From Puniceicoccales bacterium (GTDB lineage Bacteria; Verrucomicrobiota; Verrucomicrobiia; Opitutales; UBA9783), in the NCBI GenBank assembly GCA_031278975.1, contig JAITJL010000005.1, positions 39,255 to 103,254 of the forward strand: 64,000 nucleotides of DNA. The letters run 5' to 3'. This document shows, piece after piece, positions 1 to 9,953 of the stretch; the stretch's first letter is position 1, and each line of letters begins with the position of its first letter. Both the position numbers and the translations under genes were made by a program. The notes below the pieces were generated by a model. It did no database searches. It was not told the DNA's origin and saw nothing but the letters and a program-made list of their open reading frames with translations.

Positions 1-45
1 GTCGTTTAAAAAACTCTCGTACTTTAAAGCCTGACAATTCATTAT

Positions 46-435
46 CTATCTTGCATTTTGTTTACGAAAGCTGTTGTTTAGCCAACATCCCAGGAGAAAT
101 GGGTAACACCGTGCGGTTTCTGCGCTCATCGCGCCACCTGTATAACTTCCCTCTTGAGTAGCCGATGCACTTCCTTCGTCGCTACCTTCAAAACCGAATA
201 TGCCCTCTCCACCGTGCGCCGCGTAAATGTTACCCATATCATTCGTCCACATGTCGAATATGCGGATGTAGTCTGCAGCCACTTGAGGGTTGTTGGGATT
301 GGCTTGATACGCCTGATAAACCCGGTTCAAATCCTCAAACACATCTGCCAGGAGGTGAGGAACATTCCATATTATGGAATGCGTAAGCGCTAGTGCACCT
401 AATAGTATCAATTTTTTCTCATCATAAGAACTCAC
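46..435 (-). CDS. hypothetical acidic protein (129 aa), no family recognised
   Basis: Longest ORF in a locally GC-richer stretch. ATG start, divergent from rpoN. The overlapping plus-strand ORFs are shorter. No motif I can name. Confidence 0.35.
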   Translation of the reverse strand: MSSYDEKKLILLGALALTHSIIWNVPHLLADVFEDLNRVYQAYQANPNNPQVAADYIRIFDMWTNDMGNIYAAHGGEGIFGFEGSDEGSASATQEGSYTGGAMSAETARCYPFLLGCWLNNSFRKQNAR

Positions 436-656
436 TGAGTTTAAGATTCACCCATTTTTGAGTGCAAGCAAAAAGTTTATTTTGCAATGCAAGTTTGGAA
501 CGAATGATGCCGGATGAAAAACGGATAGGTTGGAAGTTCCGTGACGGCCTAGGAGGTGTAATGAAGTGGCCGCCTAAAAGAGTATCTACGGCCTTCAATT
601 GCGGCAAATATCAGAATTTTCTTTTCATTGTTTATGGCTTGTAGTATGATGAAAGC

Positions 657-2036
657 ATGGTTCAGCGAATGGAGCAGATTCAGACGCAATCGCAATTGCT
701 TGCGCCTCAGTTGAGGCAATCTTTGAAAATATTGCAAGTTTCAGCCATGGATCTGCGTAATGTCATCTTGGAAGAGCTTCAAATGAATCCTACGTTGGAG
801 GAATTGCCTTTGGATGAGGTAAGTTTGGACGATCCCGTGAATGCCGAAGATCGTTGGGAAGATTACAACGAGTTTGCCCCCGATTCAAAAGCCAATGCAA
901 TTGCCCATAGCCGTAAGCACGATTTTCTAATGAATTCACTCGCATCCGAGATTTCATTGCAGGATCATTTGTACGAACAAGTAGGCTTTTTGGATATTTC
1001 CCACGAAGTCGAAAGTGTCGTTCGTTTTTTGATCGGTAGTATCGATGAAAAGGGATTTTTAACCTTGCCCTTGCACAAAATTGAAGAACAAACAAAAGCC
1101 GATGCCGAAACCATTCAAGTGGCCATAGCGACGTTAAAACAATTGGATCCTCCTGGAATTGGTTGCGATGGCCCACGCACTTGCCTGTTACAGCAATTGA
1201 AAATCCGGAAAAAATCTTCTTCGATAGCCTTTCAAATATTGGATCAATGTTACGACCTACTGCTGCGTAATAAGGTGATCGACATAGCTCGCTATTTGTC
1301 CGTGTCTTGCGATACCGTTCAAAGCGCCATCGAAGAAATTGCAAAGCTAGATCCCGCTCCGGGACGTCGATTTGAAGTTCATCACGTACAAGGAATTATT
1401 CCGGACGTTGCCATTTATAAAAATCATCTGCACGAATGGGTTGTAGACCTCAACAATCACTATATTCCACGTTTGTGCATCGGCAATACTTATGAGCATT
1501 TGCTGTCCGATACTTCCATTAATCATCAGGATAAAAATTATTTACGCCTCAAAATTCGTTCGGGTCGCTTTCTTATCCGATCCATCTTGCATCGTCAAAA
1601 AACAATTGAACGCATTGCCTACGCACTTCTTGACAAGCAGAAAGACTTTTTTGAGGCAGGTCCTAAGCATTTAAAGCCGCTCACACTTCAGTCACTTGCA
1701 GAAGATTTGAGTATTCATGAAACCACCGTTAGTCGTGCCATCGCGAACAAATTTATGAAAACGTCCTTTGGTATTTTTGATTTCAGATATTTTTTCACAA
1801 AAGGATTGAATTCGGATTCGGGAGACTCTATTGCTAATACCATCATAAAACAACAAATTCAAAAAGTTATTGAGCAAGAGGATAAGAAAAAACCCCTCAG
1901 TGACCAGAAGATTGTTGAAATTTTGGCGCAGAAAAATGTGAAGATTGCCCGCAGAACGGTCACAAAGTATCGCGAAATATTGTGCATTCCTCCAACTAGT
2001 CTGCGCAGAAAATATGATGCGTATGAATATTCATGA
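657..2036 (+). CDS. rpoN: RNA polymerase sigma-54 factor RpoN
   Basis: 459-aa ORF. Gln/Leu-rich region I (QTQSQLLAPQLRQSLKILQ) and C-terminal RpoN box ARRTVTKYRE. Confidence 0.93.
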   Translation: MVQRMEQIQTQSQLLAPQLRQSLKILQVSAMDLRNVILEELQMNPTLEELPLDEVSLDDPVNAEDRWEDYNEFAPDSKANAIAHSRKHDFLMNSLASEISLQDHLYEQVGFLDISHEVESVVRFLIGSIDEKGFLTLPLHKIEEQTKADAETIQVAIATLKQLDPPGIGCDGPRTCLLQQLKIRKKSSSIAFQILDQCYDLLLRNKVIDIARYLSVSCDTVQSAIEEIAKLDPAPGRRFEVHHVQGIIPDVAIYKNHLHEWVVDLNNHYIPRLCIGNTYEHLLSDTSINHQDKNYLRLKIRSGRFLIRSILHRQKTIERIAYALLDKQKDFFEAGPKHLKPLTLQSLAEDLSIHETTVSRAIANKFMKTSFGIFDFRYFFTKGLNSDSGDSIANTIIKQQIQKVIEQEDKKKPLSDQKIVEILAQKNVKIARRTVTKYREILCIPPTSLRRKYDAYEYS

Positions 2037-3219
2037 GTACCAAGCAAAGCTTTTGTTAAAGAAATTCCAAATTCCTATTCCTAGAGGTATTTGCATCGAA
2101 TCTTGCCAAACGGACGTTATCGAAAGCGCTTTAAATACTTTTGAGCCAGGTGAAATGATCGTTGTTAAAGCGCAGATTCATGCAGGTGGGCGTGGTCAAG
2201 GTCACTTTGTTGAAAATGGTTGCAAAGGTATTCAATGCGCTAAAAATAAGCAAGAGGCGCGTGAAAGTATCGATGCCATGTTGGAACATACCCTCGTCAC
2301 TCGACAAACGGGACCTAAGGGCAAGTGCGTACGAAAAGTTTATTTAACGGAAGGCATTCGCATTCGTCGAGAATTTTACATTTCCATTATTGTGGACTGC
2401 GAACATTATTGTCCTGTTTTGATCGTATCTGCAGAGGGTGGTACCGAAATAGAAACATTAGCCCAAACGGATCCGGAAAAGATTTTGAAAATTTTGATCG
2501 ATCCACTTGTGGGATTAACCGATTTTCAAGCGCGGCGTGTGGCATTCTTTCTTCAGCTGTCTTCTGAAATGCTACCCGAGTGCGTACAACTGCTTAAAAA
2601 TTTATACCGGTTATTTATGCAAGTTGACGCATTGTTGGTCGAAATTAATCCTTTGGTTTTAAGCGAAGGTGGACATTTGGTAGCGTTGGATGCAAAAGTT
2701 CAATTGGATGACAATGCATTATTTCGGCATAAGGATTATTTGGAATGGACTGACGATAATGAAAAGGATCCCAAAGAAGTTGAGGCAGCAAAGTCGAAAT
2801 TGAATTACATTGCGTTGGATGGCGATATCGCCTGCTTGGTGAATGGAGCTGGTTTAGCGATGGCAACAATGGATATGATTCAACATTTTGGAGGTAAACC
2901 TGCCAATTTTCTCGATGTAGGCGGTAGCGCCAACGCAGAACAAATTCAAAAAGCCTTCAAGATTATTTTAAAAGATCCTTGCGTTAAGGGTATTTTTGTT
3001 AACGTTTTTGGCGGTATTTTAAGGTGCGACCTGTTGGCGGAAGCAATCGTTACGGCCGCACGGTCCATGGCATTGAATCTTCCAATGGTGGTTCGTTTGA
3101 AAGGTACCAACGTTGAACGTGCTCACCAAATTCTACAGCAGAGCGCTTTACCTTTGGTTACAAGCGATACGTTGGAGGCGGCCACCAAGGAAATTATTCG
3201 TCGAGCACAGGACATGTAA
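2023..3219 (+). CDS. sucC: succinyl-CoA synthetase beta subunit
   Basis: N-terminus MNIHEYQAKLLLKKF is typical of SucC, with an ATP-grasp region (KAQIHAGGRGQG). Start moved from ORF-track 1945 to ATG 2023, which overlaps the rpoN stop by 14 nt. Confidence 0.93.
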   Translation: MNIHEYQAKLLLKKFQIPIPRGICIESCQTDVIESALNTFEPGEMIVVKAQIHAGGRGQGHFVENGCKGIQCAKNKQEARESIDAMLEHTLVTRQTGPKGKCVRKVYLTEGIRIRREFYISIIVDCEHYCPVLIVSAEGGTEIETLAQTDPEKILKILIDPLVGLTDFQARRVAFFLQLSSEMLPECVQLLKNLYRLFMQVDALLVEINPLVLSEGGHLVALDAKVQLDDNALFRHKDYLEWTDDNEKDPKEVEAAKSKLNYIALDGDIACLVNGAGLAMATMDMIQHFGGKPANFLDVGGSANAEQIQKAFKIILKDPCVKGIFVNVFGGILRCDLLAEAIVTAARSMALNLPMVVRLKGTNVERAHQILQQSALPLVTSDTLEAATKEIIRRAQDM

Positions 3220-3221
3220 TT

Positions 3222-4100
3222 GTGAGCATCTTTGTAGATACATCTACCCGCATCGTAGTCCAGGGAATTACCGGAAAAAGTGGGTTAGCTCACAGCGAGC
3301 TGTGTTTAAATTATGGCAGTCGTATCGTAGCCGGCGTCACCCCCTGTAAAGGAGGTAGTTACGTATTGCATAAAATTCCCGTGTTTAACACCGTAGAAGA
3401 AGCTGTTCGAGAAACGGGTGCAACGGCTTCTCTAATTTTTGTTCCACCTGCATTTGCGGCGGATTCTATTTTGGAAGCTATCGATGGAGGTCTCGAGTGG
3501 GTCGTATGCATTACGGAGGGTATCCCCATTCGAGATATGATGATGGTGAAGCGGAAGTTATGGAGCTCTCGGACCCAACTCATTGGCCCTAATTCTCCTG
3601 GAATCATTGTCCCAGGAAAATGTAAAATGGGTATTATGCCGGACACTATTTTCAAAGAAGGTTCCATCGGTGTTGTTTCTCGGTCCGGAACTTTGATGTA
3701 CGAGTCGGTATGTCAATTAACCGAACACGGCTATGGACAATCTGCATGCGTAGGTATAGGCGGAGATCCAATTATTGGGACAAACTTTATCGATGTACTG
3801 AAAGCTTTTAATGAGGATCTTCAAACGGAAGCAATCGTACTGATTGGAGAGATCGGCGGATCTGCCGAAGAACGCGCTGCAGATTATATTAGGCAGCATA
3901 TCCATAAACCTGTTGCCGCCTTTATTGGTGGTCAAACGGCACCTATCGGTAGACGTATGGGACATGCAGGAGCAATTACTTCTGGCAATAACGGTACCGC
4001 CATTTCCAAAATGAATGCATTAAAGTCGGCTGGTGTCGAAGTGGCCTTGCATCCTGCAGATATTGGGAATGCTCTCGTACGCGTCCTGAAGAGATCGTAA
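3222..4100 (+). CDS. sucD: succinyl-CoA synthetase alpha subunit
   Basis: GTG start 2 nt after the sucC stop. MSIFVDTSTRIVVQGITGK, SRSGTL and the phosphohistidine loop MGHAGAI. Confidence 0.93.
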   Translation: MSIFVDTSTRIVVQGITGKSGLAHSELCLNYGSRIVAGVTPCKGGSYVLHKIPVFNTVEEAVRETGATASLIFVPPAFAADSILEAIDGGLEWVVCITEGIPIRDMMMVKRKLWSSRTQLIGPNSPGIIVPGKCKMGIMPDTIFKEGSIGVVSRSGTLMYESVCQLTEHGYGQSACVGIGGDPIIGTNFIDVLKAFNEDLQTEAIVLIGEIGGSAEERAADYIRQHIHKPVAAFIGGQTAPIGRRMGHAGAITSGNNGTAISKMNALKSAGVEVALHPADIGNALVRVLKRS

Positions 4101-4290
4101 AACGGTTGCTTCGTAAATCTATTTTGTCGTAGGTTCCGCTTTATGAAAGTACCCTAAAGTAACTCATTGCTAACTCTGTACGAACCTGTAGAATAATAAT
4201 TTATGATATATTTTCTCCCAAAAGTAGATTTACAACGCCTTGGATGTGTGTAAAAATATTTCTTATTTTTTCATATTTATATTACATTGA

Positions 4291-4318
4291 AAAGGCTATT
4301 CCGAAAGGAATAGCCTTT
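4291..4318 (-). terminator. perfect 12-bp hairpin, likely intrinsic terminator of csp (possibly bidirectional)
   Basis: aaaggctattcc-gaaa-ggaatagccttt lies 21 nt downstream of the csp stop on the minus strand. On that strand the stem ends in TTTT. Confidence 0.5.
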
Positions 4319-4339
4319 GGTGATTTAAGGGTAGTCTTA

Positions 4340-4543
4340 TTACAAAAGTTGAAGATTACCAGCGGAAGTTTTACCGTGTGACGTAATCAATTCGTAGCGT
4401 ACTTTTTGGCCTTCGGTCAACGTATCAATACGTGCTTGTTGCAATGCCGTGATGTGTACAAACACATCTTTGTTACCCGATTCAGGTTGTATAAACCCAA
4501 ATCCTTTTTTGTTATTAAACCACTTTACTGTACCTGTATTCAT
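4340..4543 (-). CDS. cspA: cold-shock protein, CspA family
   Basis: 67 aa. [20 protein letters not shown]...VFVH carries the RNP1/RNP2 motifs of the CSD fold. Confidence 0.93.
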   Translation of the reverse strand: MNTGTVKWFNNKKGFGFIQPESGNKDVFVHITALQQARIDTLTEGQKVRYELITSHGKTSAGNLQLL

Positions 4544-4876
4544 TTATTTGTTACTGATTGGTTGAGATTTTTGCATCTCTTAATACGCTTTATAAGTTGC
4601 CTTTATTTCGTATTAAAGAAAAATTAAATAAAACTTTCCTGTGAATACAAGAATTAAACGTATTTTTTACAGTATTTTGCATTAAGATTTACCATTTATC
4701 TCGTTTTGAAAGTCTGAAATCGGTTTTACGTCGCAACATTTTCTAATTTTTCAAAAAAATGATTGTACGTGAATTTTTAGATGGACATTGCATTTTAAAT
4801 CTTCATCTTTTTATTTCTGTTTTCTTCAAGTGATATATTACGCATCAATAAATACAGTTGTTTTATACTGATAGGT

Positions 4877-5598
4877 ATGGTGATTATTACGATAGTGACT
4901 GCATGTACAAAAATCAAGTTCACATCTTTATCGTTAGCCACAGATACGGCTATTTGTTCAAATGTATATGTCGTTTTACCCATTTTATTCACTTCGTTTG
5001 GATTTCACGGGTCCTTGCATTCTCTCACCAAATTTTGTAACAACGATGCAAAAATGATCCAAAAAGCCTGCTTATGGGGAAGTGCTATTGCGGCAAGCCT
5101 CTATTTTATTTGGTACATAAGCATTACGCTATTGTTAAAGGGCGTACACGGGAATTCACTCAATCCATTGAACGTGCATGAATGGTTAGCCTTATTGAAA
5201 TCTTTGATACCCGGATACCTTATTGAAGGGCTCATTGTTTTTACAATTTCAACTTCCATGATAGGTGTTGGCATAGCGCTGATGGATGATTTACATCGCT
5301 TGGTGGATCGTTGTCACCTGAAGTGTTATCCGATCGGCGTATTTTGTTATCCGGATTGACGGTACTACCGGCCATCGTTGTTGCCATATGGATTCCGGAA
5401 GCTTTTATCAACGTATTAAGCTTTTCGGGATGCACTTTGGCTATCTTGGCCATCATGCTTCCTTTGTTTTTGTTGTCTAAGATTTCTGGCCAGCTTCATT
5501 TTAACGTTTTAAATTCTGGTGCATGGAGAATTTCCCTGTGGCTATTTAGCGTTGGTATTGTCGTATGCGAATGTTTACATCTGTTAAAGTCTTTATAA
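4877..5598 (+). pseudogene. 5'-truncated, frameshifted HAAAP-family aromatic amino acid permease (TyrP/Mtr-like)
   Basis: Two ORFs in different frames (4877-5359 and 5311-5598). Read consecutively, they match the C-terminal ~55% of E. coli Mtr/TyrP: LPILFTSFGFHGSLHSL vs LPFCLASFGYHGNVPSL, and DRRILLSGLTVLP vs GRLKTALLTFAPP. The frame switch is near 5305-5312. There is no room upstream (csp starts at 4543) for the missing ~160 N-terminal residues. Confidence 0.7.
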
Positions 5599-5772
5599 AG
5601 CGATGGATAATACGGTTGTTACGATAACTTTATTCTTTTTGGAGGCATGAACCGCATTGCAAGAGTGATTGCGTTTTTCCATTCTGGAATATTTTAAAGC
5701 GTAGTGCGGGTTTTTAAGTATTTTACTTGAAGTTAAATTGAATACAGGTGATAGTCGTACGCCATAATCGGT

Positions 5773-6966
5773 ATGAAATTTTGGAGGATTGTTTGCGTAT
5801 TTTACGGCCTCATGATCAATGCTACCTTGCATGGGAACCGTACGCCCAATTCGGAAGATGCGGATGCGTATACTTTCATTGTTGCGTCTGAAAATGCTCA
5901 ATTGCGAGAAATTTTCGAGCAGATTTTACAATTACATGGAGGATTAAAAAAATCAAATGCTACGGGACAACTGAAGATTACAGTTGACGTTCTGCAATCT
6001 CGGATAAAGGTTTGTTTATTTAGGGAAAACGCAAAGTCGACTCAATTGATCTGTGAGGGGCCGGATACGCCGAAAACATACATCGACGCGTGTAATCGTA
6101 TTGTGACCTGTGTTTTTCAGACACCTGGATTTTTTCATGCTACATTGGTTTTTGTTTCGGACATTTCTGGGCATTCCGAGTTGTATTTGTCCGATTTACT
6201 GTTCGAAAAAGTGGTTCAACTAACGCAAGATCGTGCTGCGGTTTTACACCCACGATGGCATCCTGGAGGTACGCACATTGTTTACACGACGTGTGGTAAG
6301 TCCGGTTTCCCGGATATTTATTGCATGCATTTGGCTTCAAAATCAGCCACGGCCATTGCGCAATATCGTGGTATAAACGCATCGGCCTGTTTCAGTCCTT
6401 CGGGTAAACAATTAGCCATGGTATTATCCGTAAAAGGGATTCCACAAATTTATGTATCCGACGTAAATGGTAAAAATTTGCGTGCCATTACCCAATGCGG
6501 CGGCATTAAAACTTCCCCTGTTTGGTTGGACAATCAGAATCTAGTATTTGGGTGGGATGAAATGGGTTATGGCCCACAACTGCATAAAATATCTACGCTA
6601 AAAAGGAAAAATTCCTTTAATAATCTCCCAAAGATACAAATTCCCTTGAGTCATTTTTCGGATGAAGCCGCTTTAAGTTTTGATAAAAGTAAACTTCTCT
6701 TTACGGCAGTCATCCATAAAACATTCCAGTTAGGTGTATTGGATCTGAATTCCAAAGAAGCTCGTTTTGTAACCCAAGGTCCCTTAGATCATATGGAAGG
6801 CTGTTGGTTGGCAGATGGACGCCATATTGTGTGTACGGAAAAAAATGTCGGCAAGCGTAAGTTGGTAGTATACGACACACAGACAGGGAATGGAATACCT
6901 TTGCCCTGCGATTCTTGGAACAATACTTCTCAAGCGGATGCGTTACCCTATGATTACTTTGATTGA
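5773..6966 (+). CDS. tolB: TolB-like periplasmic beta-propeller protein
   Basis: Signal-peptide-like N-terminus MKFWRIVCVFYGLMINATLHG. Repeated blade motifs (PRWHPGGTHIVYT, ACFSPSGKQLAMV...PQIYV, SPVWLDNQNLVF) parallel the E. coli TolB WSPDG repeats. Confidence 0.72.
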   Translation: MKFWRIVCVFYGLMINATLHGNRTPNSEDADAYTFIVASENAQLREIFEQILQLHGGLKKSNATGQLKITVDVLQSRIKVCLFRENAKSTQLICEGPDTPKTYIDACNRIVTCVFQTPGFFHATLVFVSDISGHSELYLSDLLFEKVVQLTQDRAAVLHPRWHPGGTHIVYTTCGKSGFPDIYCMHLASKSATAIAQYRGINASACFSPSGKQLAMVLSVKGIPQIYVSDVNGKNLRAITQCGGIKTSPVWLDNQNLVFGWDEMGYGPQLHKISTLKRKNSFNNLPKIQIPLSHFSDEAALSFDKSKLLFTAVIHKTFQLGVLDLNSKEARFVTQGPLDHMEGCWLADGRHIVCTEKNVGKRKLVVYDTQTGNGIPLPCDSWNNTSQADALPYDYFD

Positions 6967-8068
6967 TCGTTACATATTTAAGGAATGGTGCAAAGCAATG
7001 GGGGTTGCTTTGATTCTCATTATGGGTATACTCGTTCTGGAGGACATGTACAAGTATTTGAAGACGTTTATTGAAAAAGGGGCGTCTTTATCCACGTTGA
7101 TGACGTATTACGCTTTCATGGTTCCGAATTGTTTTCACACCATTTTACCCATTGCATTTTTCATATCGGTTTTGTACGTACTCAATGATATGCAAGCACA
7201 CAATGAAGTGGTTGCTTTACGTGCAGCGGGATTAACCATTTTTAGAATTACGCTTTGTTTTTGGTGTGTAGCCACGTTACTAACCGTTTGCATGCTCATT
7301 TTTAATATTCAGATTTTACCTTACGCGGCAGATCGTATGCAATCGATTGTACGTTCCATCGATTACAATGATCAAAAAAGGCGTCACCTAACGCCAAACG
7401 CCATTGGTGTGGAGTCTAATTTAAATTTCTACAACGCTAAAGAACATCGTTTGTGGTTTTTTTCTCAGTTTAGCTTGTACACTCATAGCGGAACTTATGC
7501 CACCGTATGTTTATTGGATGAACAATGCAAAGAAGTTGAACGTATCAATGCGCGATCGGTTCGTTTTGATAATTATAGAAACGTTTGGATTTTTAACGAA
7601 GGGAAACGTTGGATTTTTGACAAAAACCACTATGAACCTATACGTTTTATTGCATTCGATGAATACGCCATACGTTGTGACGATACGCCGCATTTGATGA
7701 AAATTGCCAACACGCCGCTTAAAAATCTTAATATGAATGATTTAAAATTGATTTTAAAGTTTGCACCGCTACACCACGCGTGTTTTCTTGAGCACCGCGT
7801 AAAGTATTATTCCATCCTTTCCAGTCCATTGATTCTTTTTATGATTGTTTTGCTGGCAGTTCCTTTTTCTTTGACTGGTGTACGTAACAATCCTGTAGTT
7901 GGAATTTCGAAGGCAGCAGGATTATTTTTTTGTTACTACATTTTCAGTAGCTTGGGACGTACATTGGGTGCGCAGGGTATTTTGAATCCTTTATTGGCTG
8001 CTTGGTTACCCAATACGCTCATGCTAATCGTAGGCATCTTTTTGTACAAGCAATTGGCTCCTAAATAA
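6950..8068 (+). CDS. LptF/LptG (YjgP/YjgQ) family LPS export permease
   Basis: N-terminus MITLIDRYIFKEW is typical of the family, with 3 TM + large loop + 3 TM topology. Start moved to ATG 6950, overlapping the tolB end by 17 nt. I cannot tell F from G. Confidence 0.75.
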   Translation: MITLIDRYIFKEWCKAMGVALILIMGILVLEDMYKYLKTFIEKGASLSTLMTYYAFMVPNCFHTILPIAFFISVLYVLNDMQAHNEVVALRAAGLTIFRITLCFWCVATLLTVCMLIFNIQILPYAADRMQSIVRSIDYNDQKRRHLTPNAIGVESNLNFYNAKEHRLWFFSQFSLYTHSGTYATVCLLDEQCKEVERINARSVRFDNYRNVWIFNEGKRWIFDKNHYEPIRFIAFDEYAIRCDDTPHLMKIANTPLKNLNMNDLKLILKFAPLHHACFLEHRVKYYSILSSPLILFMIVLLAVPFSLTGVRNNPVVGISKAAGLFFCYYIFSSLGRTLGAQGILNPLLAAWLPNTLMLIVGIFLYKQLAPK

Positions 8069-8075
8069 TCTTCTT

Positions 8076-9932
8076 ATGCCTTTCATTTCACGTGCTTGTT
8101 TAGAACAAATCCGTCAGCGAGTGTCCATCGTTGATGTCGTGTCTCCGTATGTACAGTTGAAGTCCGCAGGGCATGCTTTTAAGGGCCTCAGTCCTTTTTC
8201 TAATGAAAAGACCCCTTCATTCTTTGTGGATCCGCAGAAAAATGTATTTAAGTGTTTCAGTAGTGGGTATGCGGGCGACATGTTTAGATTTTTGGAACTG
8301 AAAGAGCAGTTATCGTTTGGCGAGGCCGTCGAATGGATTGCGGAAAGATTCAATGTACCTCTTGAATACGAACACGATGGGAGACATTTGGTGGAAAATG
8401 TAGCAAGATCAAACAAAAAAATTTTGTGGGACATTTATTCTAAGGCGGAACAATTTTTTAAAAAATATTTCTGGAATTCCGATGGTTATGGTATCCAAAT
8501 GCGCGATTATTGGGAAAAGGTACGCAGGTTTAGTAAAGAATCTGCGCAAACTTTTTCTATTGGTTTCGCGCCTCTGGATCGTTTTGAGTTGTATAAGTGT
8601 TTGCGTCGTGATGGATACGATCACGCCGTCTTGCAGCAAAGTGGGTTATTCTACGCTTCTAAAAATGCAGCGCAAAACAATTTAGCGTGCCGTTACCAAG
8701 GCCGATTGATTTTACCGATTAAAGATATTCAAGGACGTACGATTGCCTTTTCGGGTCGATGTCTCCCTTTTGTAGAGAATGTAGAAGACCCAACACATGA
8801 AGCCAAATACGTTAACTCTCCGGAGACGCTTATCTTTGTAAAAGGCAATCAATTATTCAATCTGCATCAGGCACGTCAACATTTTGATGGCATGAAACCA
8901 TTTTTTTTGGTAGAAGGCCCGCTCGACGTCGTACGGTGCTGGGAATGTGGCTTAAAAACAGCCGTTGCTCCTCAAGGAACAGGGCTTACCGAAACGCAAT
9001 TAAAATTATTGCAAAGATATTCGAATTTTATCACAGGTATGTTTGATGGTGACAGTGCAGGAGTAAAAGCGGGTCTCCGTTTAATGGATTTAGGATTGCC
9101 TTTAAGTTTGCAATTACAGTACGTTTTGCTGGATTTGGATAAAGATCCCGATTCTTTGTTTGCACTGCAGAAAAGTGCGTGTACGTACGAGTCGTTGCTA
9201 GAAAAATCCTTGATGCCAGTCCCGTTTATAATAAAAGCTTTTCGGCGATTGGAGATGAATGAAAGGAGGGCGGAACGTTTGGCTATAGATCTTATTTATT
9301 CCATTTTGGCGAAGTGCCCTTCTGCAATCATAAAATATGAAAGTATTCGCGCGTTGTCGGGCGAAACGGGAATTCCGCTAAAAGTTTTAGAAGAAGATTT
9401 CCGAAAATTGGATTCAAAAAATGCGCTTCAATATAATATCAGCGCGCAAACCTCTCCTACAAAAGTTGAACGTTATCGAGATTCTGTAGAAAAACAGCTC
9501 TTGGGATTCCTGTTTCATAAGCCCGAATGTACGGCATGTATTTTGGAAGTTTTGTCTTTGGATTGGATTGATACGTCTGTTTTAGTTGGTCAATTACTGT
9601 TTAAAATTGTCCACGAATTTATTGCCAATGGCATTGAGCCTCTTACGCTGGTAAAGATGGAAGTTTTGCACTTAAGTGAATCTGAGAAGGAATTATGGTA
9701 TCAGATTTTAGCAGAACCTTTTCAAATTGAAGATGAACGAAAAATATTAGTGACAATTTTGCAACAATTGTATAAAAAGTTTTTAAAAAAATGTATTTCC
9801 GCAATTGACAAAGAAATGGCAAAAAGTTCTATCATCAATGCGAGTAAAGTGGAACAGCTCCGAACAGAACGTTATCAATTGAAAAAAGCACTTGTCAATG
9901 TGCATTTAGCAGTTCGCTGGAATAAACAATAA
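8076..9932 (+). CDS. dnaG: DNA primase DnaG (atypical zinc-ribbon region)
   Basis: NEKTPSFFV primase N-terminal motif, TOPRIM motifs (FLVEGPLDV, MFDGDSAG). Sits directly upstream of rpoD as in the MMS operon. Confidence 0.9.
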   Translation: MPFISRACLEQIRQRVSIVDVVSPYVQLKSAGHAFKGLSPFSNEKTPSFFVDPQKNVFKCFSSGYAGDMFRFLELKEQLSFGEAVEWIAERFNVPLEYEHDGRHLVENVARSNKKILWDIYSKAEQFFKKYFWNSDGYGIQMRDYWEKVRRFSKESAQTFSIGFAPLDRFELYKCLRRDGYDHAVLQQSGLFYASKNAAQNNLACRYQGRLILPIKDIQGRTIAFSGRCLPFVENVEDPTHEAKYVNSPETLIFVKGNQLFNLHQARQHFDGMKPFFLVEGPLDVVRCWECGLKTAVAPQGTGLTETQLKLLQRYSNFITGMFDGDSAGVKAGLRLMDLGLPLSLQLQYVLLDLDKDPDSLFALQKSACTYESLLEKSLMPVPFIIKAFRRLEMNERRAERLAIDLIYSILAKCPSAIIKYESIRALSGETGIPLKVLEEDFRKLDSKNALQYNISAQTSPTKVERYRDSVEKQLLGFLFHKPECTACILEVLSLDWIDTSVLVGQLLFKIVHEFIANGIEPLTLVKMEVLHLSESEKELWYQILAEPFQIEDERKILVTILQQLYKKFLKKCISAIDKEMAKSSIINASKVEQLRTERYQLKKALVNVHLAVRWNKQ

Positions 9933-9953
9933 CCTTATTATTGCATTTTTCTG

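Noticed and set aside
790-1344. 184-aa ORF antisense to rpoN. Similar long antisense or alternate-frame ORFs include 16385-16744 and 16952-17518 in the MATE gene, 38487-38873 in rpoB, 43799-44149 in rpoC, 48211-48633 across rplC/rplD, and 53629-54039 opposite rpsN.
   Set aside because: All lie entirely within strongly supported conserved genes. Their translations are compositionally odd (Arg/Ser/Cys-rich, low complexity) with no recognisable motifs. They are shadow ORFs.
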